63,974 nt of DNA, filler included, from Chiloscyllium plagiosum (GCF_004010195.1; 4 parts of one record of this genome joined end to end with filler, not necessarily neighbours in it), one strand, 5' to 3'. Positions 12,768 through 25,921 are shown, counted from the whole stretch's first letter. Translations and numbers: made by a program. The notes: generated from the sequence alone by a model not told the origin.

Positions 12768-14277
12768 CTTCAGGGAGCTTTAGTAGAATGCTGCGCAAAG
12801 TCTCTCACATTTTGAGGAGTTAGTGGAAAAGAGAGTCTTTTTTTATTGTTTCACAGGAGGTGGGCATCCCTTGCTAGGCCAGTGTTTGTCACCCATCCCT
12901 AATTGCCCCTTGATAAGGTGATGTTGAAACACCTTCTTCAAATGCTGTGGAGGAACAGAACACTGGAACTTGCCTTTCATGTTCATTTACGGGATGTGGG
13001 AAGTGACCACACCATTAGGTTTTGGTGTTACTGGTTGATGGTTAAGCCGATAGGGCACCGGGGGGAAAAAAAAATCACTCACAGGATGTGGATGGGCCGT
13101 CATTTATCGCCCGCCCCTAGGTGTCCTTGAGAAGGTAGCTCTTTTGCAGATGCTCAGGCACTGTCCAATCGCTACAAGCTTTAGTTTTTGTCGGATGGGA
13201 ATTTGCTCACTTCTGTCCCACCCTGCCTCAAACACATTCAATAACGCAGCCTCCATTGCTCATTGGGGAAAAGAATTCCAAACACCAACAACCCTCTGAG
13301 AGAACAAAGATTGTCCTCCCTTCCATCTTAAACGTTTATGTTTAAACTGTGTCCCCCTGTTCTCGGCTCATTGCAAACATCCTCTCAGCGTTTACTCTGT
13401 GAAGTCCCCTCAGGAACTTATCTGTGGTGCAGGGTCACACATAGCACAGTTGGGGAGGGAGCACCTAACAGATTGGAAGGTAGGAAGTGAAGGAGGTCAC
13501 TCTGCCCCTCAAGTGCCTTCTCAATCTGCTCCAAGATGGATGAATAGAAGTTGCTGCAGGTGTCAATGTTCCTGATGAAACCCATGCTGATACCCCTCAA
13601 AGCCTTCTACCCAGACAGTGAGGATACATGTTTGAGTAGGCAAATTCCCCTTCCTTACTCATTATCCCCTCCATCACCTTGAATGATTATACCCATTATG
13701 GGAGAAGACTGCCAATGTGGCATGCAGGCGGTGAAGGGGTAATATGACTGGGTTAGCAATCTGTGAATTCTAGATCGATACCCTGCAATTACAGGTTCCA
13801 CTCTTTCCCCAGTAATGTGGTGAAATTTACATTCAATCATCGAATTCATAAAGATCCAGAATTGTTAAATTGTTAGCCACAGGAGTACCATCATTGCAAA
13901 ATAAAAACTGGTCCTTGAGGGAATGAAACTGCCATCCTTACCTGGTCTGGTCTACATGTGACTTCAGGCCCACAGCAATGCAGTTGACTCTTAACTGCTG
14001 TCTGCAGTGCCTAGCAAACCACTCAGTTAGGGGCAATGAGGAATGGGCAACACGTGCTGGCCTTAGCAGTGACTCCCACATCCCATGAAACGATTTGTTG
14101 AGAATCACATTTAATAAAGGGTCTGCCTGTTGTACAATACCTTTCACGAGCTTGGGAGAGCCCACATTCTCCTGTCACTGTCCTACTGTCAGAAACTCTT
14201 GCCAGTCCTTTCACATATGTGGTTAATTTCCATTACTCATCGCATTTGTTCCTGACACAGGGGAATGAAACAAACAC

Positions 14278-14296
14278 AAGCACCAGGGGGCAGCAA
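14278..14296 (+). promoter_or_regulatory. Candidate CTCF site
   Basis: GCACCAGGGGGCAGCA, one mismatch from the CCACCAGGGGGCAGCA core. Confidence 0.4.
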
Positions 14297-14421
14297 ACTA
14301 CCAAGTCAAAATCACAACATTCACAAACAGACATGATTTGGAGATGCAGGTGTTGGACTGGGGTGTACAAAGTTAAAAATCACACAACACGATGTTATAG
14401 TCCAACAAGTTTAATTGGAAG

Positions 14422-14456
14422 CACTAGCTTTCTAAGCGCTGCTCCTTCGTCAGGCG
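14422..14456 (-). ncRNA. Hammerhead motif family B (slightly decayed)
   Basis: CGC-CTGACGA-A-GGAGC(AGC)GCTTA-GAAA-GCTA-GTG on minus strand. Confidence 0.55.
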
Positions 14457-14867
14457 TCTGTGGAGTACACAGTTGTAAGACACAGAATTTATAGAAGTTT
14501 TGACTTGGTAGTCAGTTTAACTTTTCACAGGTAGAACATTTCTTAGAAAGAATCATAGAATCCCTACAGTGTGGAAGCAGGCCGTTCGGCCCATTGCGTC
14601 CATAGCACCCTCCAAAGAGTCCATACCACCATCCCATCCCTGTAACTCTGCATTTACAATGCTTTTCACTTACAGTGGGTGTCATTAAGGTGTTGAACTC
14701 AAGTTTCATGAAGTGTCATGGGTTAGGGGGAATTCGAACGCCTACCCTCCCAGCCTGGCTGTCTGGTCCTGTGACATAATCAGTACCACCACTGCCACCC
14801 TCTGTCCTAGGGCTTGATCTTTTGGACTTGGACCATGCAGCTCTGTGACGGGCAGGGTAAGTGGGTA

Positions 14868-15013
14868 CGTTCTGAAGAAGGGCCACTGAACCAGAAACAT
14901 TAACTCTGCTTTCCCTCCACAGATGCTGCAGGACCTGTTGAGTTTTTCCAGCCATTTCTGATTTTGCTTATCATTTCCAGCATCTGCGGTTCTTTGATTT
15001 TTGTTTTGTACGT
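14868..15013 (+). mobile_element. Family-C short element starting with a decayed hammerhead; 10-bp TSD
   Basis: GTT-CTGAAGA-A-GGGCCACTGAACCA-GAAA-CATT-AAC; TSD TAAGTGGGTA at 14858-14867 and 15014-15023. Confidence 0.6.
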
Positions 15014-15401
15014 TAAGTGGGTAAAATGGCCAATGCAGAGTTCACGACAAGGCTGTGAGTCTGGTGCCCAGTGAGTCTGGGGAGTCTAATCGCAGATGTG
15101 TCAAAACTATCTCCTTGAGGGGCAGTGCGGGTCTGCTGTCCAATCACTTTGTGCAACCTTTTCACACTTGCTCATTTATGAAGAAAATCTTGCACATATG
15201 CAGCACTTCCCATGCTCTAGAAGCTTTCCCAAAGTGTTTACCAGCCTGTCAAGCATCTTTGTTCTGGTAATTGTGATATTGTGAGAAAATACCACCTATA
15301 GCTAGTCTATGTTGGGCTACTAGTCCATTGGAACCTAAATGGTGAACCCACACTTACCACAGTGTGTTCACATTCTACAATTGGAAACCTGTCTCCTCAG
15401 G

Positions 15402-15645
15402 AGTGGCACAGTGGCTCAGTGGTTAGCACTGCTGCCTCACAGCCCCAGGGACCCGGGTTCAATTCCAGCCTTGAGCGGCTGTCTGTGTGGAGTTTGCATG
15501 TTGTCCCTGTGTCTATGTGGGTTTCCTCTGGACGCTCCAGTTTCCTCCCAGAATCACAAAGATGTGCAGGTTAGGGTGGATTGGCCATGGGATGGTTGGT
15601 GGGGACCTGATGAGCTGAATGGCCTCTTCCGCACAGTAGGAAATC
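15402..15645 (+). mobile_element. HE1-type V-SINE
   Basis: tRNA head and V-domain. Confidence 0.85.
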
Positions 15646-16967
15646 CACAAGTCCTACCTGCCCTAGAGATGTTCAACCTGAACAGGTTGATTCAGAATGC
15701 TGGAAAATCTCATAAAAATGCCTACACTTAAATGGCGACTTTCCCTGTGGTAATAAAGGGATACACCAAAGAGTTACTGTGGGAGCAAAGGAAGTAGGAT
15801 ACAAAACCATTCTGCACTGTTGCATCCCACAAACTGTTCAGTAAAAGTGCACATGATGAAATAGGGCTCTGCTCAAGTTCTGAATTTGCAATGTTAAATC
15901 ACATGTCATCCTTAGATTGCACAAGTTTGGTAATGCTTCTCATTAAATCCTTCAGGTAAGATCATTAAGAACTATCTCAAGAGCAATGACTTTGTTTTGT
16001 TGTTGTTAAATGTGACTGTAAAAGTTGACAATAACCTGCATTTCTCTGCAGCCTTTGACACTGTGGTCAGGCAGAAGTTGATATTACGTCAAAGAAGGAA
16101 ACAATACATTGAGTGACTGGGAACATGGTCAAAGAGGTGGGACTTAAGGAATCTCTTAAAGTAGGGGGGGGAGAGAGAGAGAGAGGGAGACAGATGAAAA
16201 GACAGGGAGGTTTCAAGAAGGAATTTCAGATCTTTAGACCCAGGCAGCTGAAGATATGACCATCAGGGATGGAGAGATAACTGTCAAAGGTGCACAAAAC
16301 ACCAGAATTGGACGAGCATAAAGTTCAGAATGAGGAAGTGTCACTGAATTCAACATGTTAATTCTATTTCTTTCCACAGATGCTGCCAGACCTGCTGAAT
16401 TTCTACAGCAACTTTTTGTTTTAGTTTCAGCTCTCCAGCATCCGCTGATGTTTGTTTTATTTTTTAATGGCTCACTCCTGGCTAACTATCGCAGTTTTAC
16501 AAGTGAAATGTCGCAAAGCCAGTATTTAAATTTTCCTTTAACTTGGCTTCATCAATAACTCAGCTGTTTCAGATTCAGGGCTTTGAATATGCATCACAAG
16601 GATCATTGTGATACTGAGGGGATGCTGCACTGTCAGAGATGCCACCTTTCAGATGTAACATTTATTATCTATCCTCTCAGGTGAATGTAAATGATTGTCG
16701 AGGGTTCTTGGACTTTCGCTGGATTAACTTTCTGTTGGAGAATGTTTCATTAGTAGTATGATAAAACCAATTGTTCAAGAGAATGTACTGGGGGAAGTTT
16801 GACAAAAATGTTAAACAGATTGTCTGGAAGATTTCAGGTAGTTATGTAGCATGTATAAACACAGAAAGGAGGGTGTGTGGAGCAATGGGTAGTGTCCCTG
16901 CCTCTGAGCTAGAAGCTCTGAGTTTGAGTCACACTCCAAGACTGATGTTCAACGAAGTTATGTTTCT

Positions 16968-17283
16968 GATTAGATTAGATTCCCTACAGTGTGGAAACAG
17001 GCCCTTCGGCCCAACAAGCCCACACCGACCCCCCCAAAGGGTAACCCACCCAGACCCATTTCCCTCTGACTAATGCACCTAACACTACGGGCAGTTTAGC
17101 ATGTCCAATTCACCTGACCTGCACATCGTTGGACTGTGGGAGGAAACAGGAGCACCCAGAGGAAACCCACACAGACACAGGGAGAATGTGCAAACTCCAC
17201 ACAGACAGTCACCTGAGGCTGGAATCGAACCCGGGTCCCTAGCTCTGTGAGGCAGCAGTGCTAACCACTGAGCCACCATGCCA
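16968..17283 (-). mobile_element. HE1-type V-SINE
   Basis: Full-length reverse-complement copy. Confidence 0.9.
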
Positions 17284-17897
17284 ACATGGTCAAACTGGTT
17301 AAACTTGAAAGCTCTTTCAACACATGCTGATGGCAGGTGGTAAAATCATGCAACATTTCTGCTCAGCCACCTTATGGAAATAAATTGGAGCCCTCTACCA
17401 CAGCTCCAGGCTATAATGTGCATGTAAACATTTCTGTTTCCACAGCAGCTCAGATTCCATGGGGGTCAGTCCACACTCAGTTGGACTGATTGGCAGCTTG
17501 AATCTGATTTGTGGCAACAGCATAGGATCCATGTCTGTCTGGGGTGGAGTCCAAACCTGCTTCTGAGTCCTACCCATGGTGAACGTCACAGCATTATGGG
17601 TTAGACCTGGTGTTGTGAAGAGAACTGAAGAAGATGCAGCACAGATTCAGGCTATTTGGCCCTGTCAGTCCAGGCTGATGTTCCTGATGAAGGGATTATG
17701 CCCGAAACATCGATTCTCCTGCTCCTCGGATGCTGCCTGACCTGTTGTGCTTTTCCAGCACCACACTGTCGACTCTGATCTCCAGCATCTGCAGTCCTCA
17801 CTTTCAGCAATCTAGGTTTGATCAATATATCATTTCAGCTGCATGACACTGTGATCTTTTGTTATAAATTCTGTACCTTATAATCCTGCTGCATAGC

Positions 17898-17932
17898 TAC
17901 CTGATGAAGGAGCAGCGCTCTGAAAGCTAGTG
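17898..17932 (+). ncRNA. Hammerhead motif family B
   Basis: TAC-CTGATGA-A-GGAGC(AGC)GCTCT-GAAA-GCTA-GTG. Confidence 0.7.
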
Positions 17933-18062
17933 CTTCCAAATAAACCTGTTGGACTATAAACTGGTCTTGTGTGAGTTTTATCTTTGAAACAAGTAATTTT
18001 TCCTTATCTCTGTTTTAAATCTGCTACCCTTTACCCTAAAACTATGACCTCTCATTCTGGAT

Positions 18063-18279
18063 AAAAACTAAAAGAATTTAAGATGCTGTAAATCAGAGAC
18101 AAAAATCAAAATTGCTGGAAAAGCTCAGCAGGTCTGGCAGCATCTATGGAGAGAAATCAAAATTAACGCTTCGGGTTGAGTGACCCTGAGGAAGGGTCAC
18201 TTGATCCAAAACTTTAACTCCAATTTCTCTCCACAGATGCTGCCAGACATGTTGAGTTTTTCTAGCAATTTTGATTTTT
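18063..18279. mobile_element. Fold-back family-C element with ~16-bp TSD
   Basis: Inverted arms centred on GTGACCCTGAGGAAGGGTCAC; TSD ACCTCTCATT(C/T)T(G/A)GAT at 18047-18062 and 18280-18295. Confidence 0.7.
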
Positions 18280-19204
18280 ACCTCTCATTTTAGATTGCCC
18301 CACGAGAGGAAAGATCCTCTCTCCATTTACTGTGTCATTGCCGGTTAAGCATCTTATTGCCCTCAATTAGATCTTCTCTCATTCTTCTAAACTCCAGAGA
18401 GTATAGGGCTAAACTGCTCAATCTCTCTTCATAAGACAAACCCCTCAACAATCTCTTTTCTTTGTTCTTCTTTAGACAGGGTGGATAGAGACAAGTTTTT
18501 TTTCCCACAGTGAAGGATTCAACAATGAGAGGTCACGCTTTCAAGGTGAGAGGTGGAAAGTTTAAGGGTGATACACACGGTAAGTACTGCACACAGAGGG
18601 CGTCTGGAACGCGTTGCCAGCAAAGGTGGTAGAGGCAGGCATGGTAGATTCATTTAAGACAAATGCATGAGTAGGTGGGGAGCAGAGGGATACAGACACT
18701 TAGGAATTGACCAACAGGTTTAGACAGTACATTTGGATTGGCTCAGGCTTGGAGGGCCAAAGCGCCTGTCCTGGGCTGTAAATTTTCTTTGTTCTTGTTC
18801 TTTATCTAGTGAACTGCCTCCAATGCACCTACATCCCTCGTTGAATGAGGGGTCTAAAGCTGTATGCAACACTCCAAGTACGGTCTTACTAATGGCCTCC
18901 CCCTGTGCTGTATCAATCTATGATTCAGCAATTATTTTGTAGTTTTATGCTCCTCCCTATGCTACACACTACACCATCAATTCAGTTGTGTTATCTGAAA
19001 GCTTGGCAGGTATTGGTGAATCATTGAATACTGGCATGGATTCCTGTGGGACACCACAAATGATTTTCTTACATTTCAGGAACGTTATCTGTCCTTGAGA
19101 GAAGCTGGTGGCAGCTGGTCACCAATTGATCAAAATGGCAGCAACTTGCCCATGAAGCCCCATCACACTTTGAGTCTGAAGGCCTTAGTAATGAGGCAGG
19201 GTAG

Positions 19205-19408
19205 ACAATGAGGGTGCTGACAGATCACAGCAAGTCAGGCAGCATCAGGAGGTGGAGAAGTCAACATTTTAGGTATAACCCTTCTTCAAGACCTGAAACG
19301 TTGACTTCACCACCTCCTGATGCTCCCTGGCTTGCTGTGTTCTTACAGCCTCCTGCTTACCTACCTTGGATTCCAAGCATCTGTTGTTTTTATTTCCTCT
19401 CTCTCAAC
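19205..19408. mobile_element. Fold-back family-D element with 15-bp TSD
   Basis: Inverted arms around AAGTCAAC...GAAACGTTGACTT; TSD AATGAGGCAGGG(T/C)AG at 19190-19204 and 19409-19423. Confidence 0.7.
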
Positions 19409-20189
19409 AATGAGGCAGGGCAGTGGCAGAGAAGGAAAGACAAAGGAAGCCAATCTTGTCTCTGGATCCACTGCCTCATGGGATAACCAGCCTCCACTCT
19501 GTGGGTTACAAAATTGGCCTGTGCAGTTACAAGTAGCCTGATCAGAAACTTGTCACCTTGGGGAAAACATCATCTCCGAGTTGAGGGGCAGCCAATGATC
19601 ACCACCTAACGAGACTTCTAGCAATTCCTTGAACCTTATTGGGAAGTTTATCAATGCCTTTTTGAAGTCCGCATGATCTACATTCATTGACATTCCCCAT
19701 CTACCAATGGCTGGTTTGTGATGCAGCCAACAGATTGGATTCAGTTTGGCTCAGGTTACCATGAAGGACTGGCCTTCTCAACCTCTCCCCTCGCCTGGGG
19801 CGTGGTGTCCCTCAGGTTAAACCACCACCATTGCCTCTCGCCTCTTTCTTTCTAACAAGAGAGTAGTCCTCTGGGACTATGGTGACTTTACCTTTTTTAA
19901 TCACTTCAGATTCTTTACACAAGTTCAGCTCGGTTTGTTATGCAGTGTAAGTAGACACCTTCGGTGCATGGGACACCTTCGGTGATTGGATCTATGAAAT
20001 TGGATGTATTTGGCCAGTTGATCACTTTGAATTCTGGAATCCCCTCCCTCAGGGCATTGTGGGTCAACTCACAGCAGGTGGGCTGCGGCGGTTCAAGAAG
20101 GCAGCTCACCCCTACCTACTCAAGGGGCAACTAGGGACGGGCAATAAATACTGACCCAGCCAGCAACACCCACATCCCACAAATGAATA

Positions 20190-20495
20190 AATGGAATTTG
20201 GACATATCTGGCCAGTAGATCCCTTTGAATTGGACATTTCCAGTGAGTGGATCTAATTGAGTTTGACATAGCTGGTGAATAGGTTCCACTGGATATGCCA
20301 GTGAGTAGATGTCTTCAGATCAGCCACATCCAGTGAATAAACAACACAACAGCGAGGGCCGAAGGGCCTGTACTGTTCTCTATTCTATGAATGAGTTGGG
20401 GACATACCCAGTGGGTAGAGCACTTCTGAACTGAACATGCCAGGTCGGTGGATCGCATGAGATAGATCCCGTGAGTGGATCCAAATGAACTGTAT
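20190..20495. repeat. Degenerate ~30-33 bp tandem repeat (~8 units)
   Basis: Recurring GAAYTGGACAT-N-CCAGTGAGTRGATC unit, interrupted by a retroposon tail at ~20340-20388. Confidence 0.55.
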
Positions 20496-20559
20496 ACTTT
20501 TGGTTCTGCTTCTTAATTTAAAGTAGAGGCGTTAATCTTTTTTTAAAAAAAATCATCGT

Positions 20560-20847
20560 CTCCTCGTCTAATTGCTGGGTGCGATCACACACTGGATCGA
20601 GTGATCTATACCTGTGGGCGGGCGAAGGGATCGAGTCCAGACTCCTCCCCCTTGCTCGGGAGGTTATATAGGAGATCGAGGAGGTTTAATTCCGATCTAG
20701 CCCTCACAGAGACTCTTCACCGGTCAGAGTGAGAGAGAGAGATCAGATCAGATCAGATCAGATCAGAGACGGGGGAAGCGCAGCTCTGATCCTGAAACAC
20801 AGAAAAAAAGAGACAGTTATAACTTTGGCAACTTTTTCATCCCCACC
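20560..20847 (+). promoter_or_regulatory. Pol II promoter and 5' UTR (GC box 20616-20621, TATATA 20665-20670), CpG-enriched
   Basis: GGGCGG, then TATATA ~180 nt upstream of a Kozak CCACCATG; CpG density clearly above the flanks; GA and GATCA microsatellites in the UTR. Confidence 0.65.
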
Positions 20848-20850
20848 ATG
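20848..20850 (+). CDS. ATG-only first coding exon, typical of alpha-tubulin exon 1; rest of gene not in window
   Basis: CCCCACCATG|gtaagc: perfect Kozak followed by a consensus donor, downstream of a TATA box; scaffold piece ends ~510 bp later. Confidence 0.6.
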
Positions 20851-21361
20851 GTAAGCCAGACTGAACAGGTCAATAATTATTTGTGCTTTAAAACAAAATG
20901 TGTAACCAATATTGATGAAGAAAATGTGTAAATCAACGGGTTGGACTGAAATGTGAGTGAATCGGAACCAATTTTGACTGTTTTCCAAGGCACGATGCCT
21001 TAAGATGCGTTTTATAAAAGTTTTATTTTAAAAAGCCCACATGGAGATGAGCTTGTGCGGCGGGAAGTGATGTGTACACTGTCTGGGGAGTCGGTGATGA
21101 CAGAAACCGTCACTGGGTCCTTTATCAGTCAGATATAAAAGTCAGGGTGTAATGCTACTGGGGAGAGACTGCTACTAAGTGTGAAGGACAGGGATCAGAG
21201 AGGGAGGGAGGGAGAGAGGGAGAGAGGGAGGGAGGGAGGGTAGTGGCGAAGGGATTTGGAGACGCTGGGAAACAGCGAAATTGACACGTAACCGGTTTGT
21301 AGGTCGGGAGCTGTTCCCATGTTGACACTGACACCATTCCAGCCCGCGCAACCTGAAGGCT

Positions 21362-21461
21362 NNNNNNNNNNNNNNNNNNNNNNNNNNNNNNNNNNNNNNN
21401 NNNNNTTAATTAATTAANNNNNNNNNNNNNNNNNNNNNNNNNNNNNNNNNNNNNNNNNNNN
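21362..21461. other. Artificial scaffold spacer N44-TTAATTAATTAA-N44
   Basis: Six-frame-stop linker centred in exactly 100 bp; identical at 46024-46123 and 61674-61773. Confidence 0.97.
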
Positions 21462-21712
21462 GATGAACTGTTCAACTCCCCCGTAGGAGCACGAGGCGGC
21501 GCCGATACAATCATGGATGTAGGGGAGGAAAAGGTGGGGGGGTGGTGCCAGTGTAGCTGCAGAATAGGATATGTGAAACAGTCCATCACCATCCATAACC
21601 TCATCACCTCTGGGATCTCCAGGGGACCGCCTCCAACCTCTTAGTCCCACAACCCCGCACCGCCCGTTTCTACCTCCTGCCCAAAATCCACAAACCTGAC
21701 TGCCCCGGCCGA
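21462..21712. mobile_element. Rearranged Penelope-like RT fragments in opposite orientations
   Basis: Minus: PHLFLPYIHDCIGAASCS...EQFI (decayed YIDD motif). Plus: PQPRTARFYLLPKIHKPDCPGRP (PLE RT motif 1-2). Confidence 0.75.
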
Positions 21713-22190
21713 CCAAGAACTCTTCAGCCGCTGATACAGACACAGACAAATGATGAAACAAGGAACTTTAGATGCTGGAAATGTGAAACATCCAGAAAAA
21801 AAAATTCTGGAGAAACTCAGCGGGTCTGGCAATGTCTGTGGAGGGAGAAACAGAGTTAACATCTGAGCCATCATTAGAATTGAAAGTAGCTGGGAAGTGA
21901 TGGCATTTATACTGATGACGGGTAAAGCAGTGAATGGACAGAGAGAGGGCAAAACGTGGTCTGCAGCATAGGGACTGTTGATAAGGTGCCAGGAAGAAGA
22001 GAAGCTAGATACATGTTGTGGGGATTATGAGTACATGAGTGTGGAAGCAGGTCAATCTGCCCGTCGGGTCCACACCAACCCTCCAAAGAACATCCCACTC
22101 AGACTCATCTCCCCACCTACCCCTGTAACCCTGCACTTCCCATGGCTAACCCACCAAGCCTGCACATCCCTGGATACTATGGGCAATTTA

Positions 22191-24227
22191 GAGTCATAGA
22201 GATGCACAACACGGACACAGGCCCTTCAGTCTAACTCATCCATGCCGACCAGATATCCTAAACGGACCGAGTCCCATTTGCCGGCAATTGGCCCATATCC
22301 CTCCAAACCCTTCCTCTTTATATACCCATCCAGGTGCTTTTTAAATGTTGCAGTTGTACCAGCCTCCACCACATCCTCTGGCAGCTCATTCCATACCCGT
22401 ACTACCCTCTGCGTGAAAAAGTTACCCCTTAGGTCCGTTTTAAATCTTACCTCTCTCATCTTAAAACTATGCTTTCTAATTTTAGACTCCCCTATACTGT
22501 GGAAAATACTTTGCCTATTTATCCTATCCATGCCCCTCATAATTTTGTAAACCTCTATAAGGTCACCCCTCAGCCTCCGACGCTCCAGGGAAAACAGCCC
22601 CAGCCTGTTCAGCCTCTCCCTATAGCTCAAATCCTCCAACCCTGGCAACATCCTTGTAAATCTTTTCTGAACCCTTTCAAGTTTCACAACATCTTTCCAA
22701 TAGGAGAAAGACCAGAATTGCAAGTAATATTCCAACAGTGGCCTAACCAATGTTCTATACAGCCGCAACGTGACCTCCCAAGTCCTGTACTCAATACTCT
22801 GACCAATAAAGGAAAGCATACCAAACGCCTTCTTCACTATCCTATCTACCTGGTACTCCAAAGTCTCTGTTCAGCAACACTCCCTAGGACCTTACCATTA
22901 AGTGTATAAGTTCTGCCCTGATTTGCCTTTCCAAAATGCAGCATCTCACACTTATCTAAATTAAACTCCATTAGCCAATCCTCGGACCATTGGCTCATCT
23001 GGTCCAGATCCTGTTGTAATCTGAGGTAACCTTCTTCTCTGTCCACTACACCTCCAATTTTGGTGTCATCTGCAAACTTACTAACTGTACCTCTTACGCT
23101 CACATCCAAATCATTTATATAAATGACAAAAAGTCGAGGACCCATCACAGATCCTTGTGGCACTCCACTAGTCAGAGGCCTCAAGTCTGAAAAACAATCC
23201 TCCACCACCACCCTCTGTCCTCTACCTTTGAGCCAGTTCTGTACCCAAATGGCTAGTTTTCCCTGTATTCCATGAGATCTAACCTTGCTAACCAGTCTCC
23301 CATGGGGAACCTTGTCGAATGCCTTACTGAAGTCCATATAGATCACATCTACTGCTCTGCCCTCGTCAATCCTCTTTGTTACTTCCTCAAAAAACTCAAT
23401 CAAGTTTGTGAGACATGATTTCCCACACACAAAGCCATGTTGACTATCCCTAATCAGTCCTTGCCTTTTCAAATACATGTACAACCTGTCCCTCAGGATT
23501 CCCTCCAACAACTTGCCCACCACTGACATCAGGCTCACTGGTCTATAGTTCCCTGGCTTGTCCTTACCGCCCTTATTAAACAGTGGGACCACGTTAGCCA
23601 ACCTCCAGCCTTCTAGCGCCTCACCTGTGACTATCGATGATAAAAATATCTCAGTAAGAGGCCCAGCAATCACTTCCTTAGCTTCCTACAGAGTTCTCGG
23701 GGACACCTGATCAGGTCCTGGGGATTTATCCACTTTTATGCATTTTAAGACATCCAACACTTCCTCTTCTGTAATATGGACATTTTGCAAGATGTCACCA
23801 TCGATTTTCCCACATTCCATGTCCTTCTCCACAGTAAACACTGAAGCAAAATGCTAATTTAGTATCTCCCCCATCTCTTGTGGCTCCACACAAAGGCTGC
23901 CTAATTACCCTTTCATCCTTAGCGTCTTTGTAGAATCCCTTTGGATTGCCAAAGCTATTTCATGTCCCCTTTTTGCCCTCCTGATTTCCCTCTTAAGTAT
24001 ACTCCTACTGCCTTTACACTCTTCAAAGGATTCACTCGACCCCTGCTGTCAACACCTGACATATGCTTCCTTCTTCTTGATCAGAGTCTCAATTTCTCTC
24101 GTCATCCAACATTCCCCACAAATACCAGGCTTGCCCTTCACCCTAACAGGAATATACTGTCTCTGGACTCTCGTTATCTCATCTTTGAAGGTGTCCCATT
24201 TTCTAGCTGTCCCTTTACCTGTGAATA
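22191..24227 (-). mobile_element. CR1/HER1 LINE, 5'-truncated, RT largely intact
   Basis: ORFs 22846-23673 (YRPVSL, QHGF, DFSKAFDKV, GVPQGSV, KFADDTK) and 22226-22861; same family as 1-1726. Confidence 0.95.
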
Positions 24228-24717
24228 TTAACACGGCCAATCCACCCTGACCTGCACATCTTTGGACTGTGGGAGGAAACCGGAGCACCCGGAGGAAACC
24301 CACGCAGACACGGAGAGAATGTGCAAACTCCACAATATAGTTGCCTGAGGGTGGAATCAAACCTGGGTCCTGGGCGCTGTGACATATACCTAGGGTTGTT
24401 GGTGGGGAGAGTGCGGCAGGTAGGGGGGGATAGATAAAGAACTTTGGGTGCGTTTGCTGAACATTTTTGCTCCACTGACCTCCTAGACCTGCCCGGCTCT
24501 TGCTCAAGGTTCACAGCGTATCTCGGACTCTGACGCTGGCTTCGCCCTGGTCCTTACACCCAGCGGAGAGACTGGCTGGGAAGCACAAACCGTGACTGGG
24601 GCCTGAAGGACATAGCTGTACAGAATGGGTGTGTGGCTGCCAGTGAGAAAATCAACTCGAGGGGAAATAAAAACAGCCTCACATTCCTCCTCATTCATTG
24701 CTCACACACACAGCCGT

Positions 24718-25042
24718 GGGCGGCACGGTGGCACAGTAGTTAGCACTGCTGCCTCACAGCACCAAAGACCCGGGTTCAATTCCCGCCTCAGGCGACTGAC
24801 TGTGTGGAGTTTGCACATTCTCCCCGTGTCTGCGTGGGTTTCCTCCGGGTGCTCCGGTTTCCTCCCGCAGTCCAAAGATGTGCAGGTCAGGTGAATTGGC
24901 AGTGCTAAATTACCCGTAGTGTTAGGTAAGGTGTAAATGTAGGGGTATGGGTGGGTTGCGCTTCGGCGGGTCGGTGTGGACTTGTTGAGCCGAAGGGCCT
25001 GTTTCCACACTGTACTGTAATCTAATCTAATCTAATCTAATC
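24718..25042 (+). mobile_element. Intact young HE1-type V-SINE with (TCTAA)n tail
   Basis: GGGCGGCACGGTGGCACAGTAGTTAGC A-box, GGTTCAATTCC B-box, V-domain, tail. Confidence 0.93.
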
Positions 25043-25296
25043 ACACACACACACGCATCGACGTTGGATGGTAACAGTGGGGGAGGGGAGGGGAGGGGAG
25101 GGGAGGGGAGGTGCATTGCATTGTGATGTGAATCTGAAAGGGTTAGCTAACACCATGAGGAAGCACCACTCACCAGGACATCAAGGATTGGTGGGCTCAC
25201 ATGGTAGTGTTGCGACCTCTGAGCTAGGAAGCCTGGGCTCAAATCCCACCTGCCCCAGAGTAAAAACATCTCTGAGCAAGTTGATTAGAAAATTTG

Positions 25297-25921
25297 TTGT
25301 CATTTATCTCAAGAGGGTTGGAACATAAAAGCAGTGATGTGCTTCTGAGACTTTAGTTAGGCCTCATTTAGAATACTGTGTCCAGTTTTGGGCCCCACAC
25401 CTCAGGGAGGACATACTGTCACTGGAGCGTGTCCAGCAGAGATTCACATGGATGATCCCTGGAATGGTAGGCCTAACATGTGATGAACGGCTTAAGATCC
25501 TGGGATTGTATTCATTAAGAGTTTAGCAAGCTGAGGGGAGATGTAATAGAAACTTACAAGATAATGCATGGCTTGGAAAGGGTGGAGGCTGGGGAATTGT
25601 TTCCATCAGGCGGGGATACAAGGACCTGTGGGCACAGCCTTAGAATTAGAGGGGGGTCAATTTAAAATGGAAATGAGGAGACATGTCTTCAGCCAGAGAG
25701 TGGTGGGCCTGTGGAATTCATTGCCATGGAGCGTAGTGGAGGCCGGGATGCTAAATGTCTTCAAGGCAGAGGTTGATAAATTCCTAATCTCGCAAGGAAT
25801 TAAGGGATACGGGGAGAGTGTGGGTAAGTGGAGTTGAAACACCCATTAGCCATGATTAAATGGCGGAGTGGACTTGAGGGGCCAAATGGCCCTTACTTCC
25901 ACTCCTATGTCGTATGGTCTA
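25297..25921 (+). mobile_element. CR1 LINE 3' end (other subfamily)
   Basis: FSQRVVGLWNSLP...FKAEVDKFL and typical 3' UTR. Confidence 0.85.

Noticed and set aside
22226..23673. Long RT ORFs as an active or domesticated gene
   Set aside because: 5'-truncated CR1 with a frameshift/deletion between the ORFs and no endonuclease domain.
24718..24790. tRNA gene-like A/B boxes
   Set aside because: tRNA-derived heads of HE1 SINEs, followed by V-domain and LINE tail; not tRNA genes.
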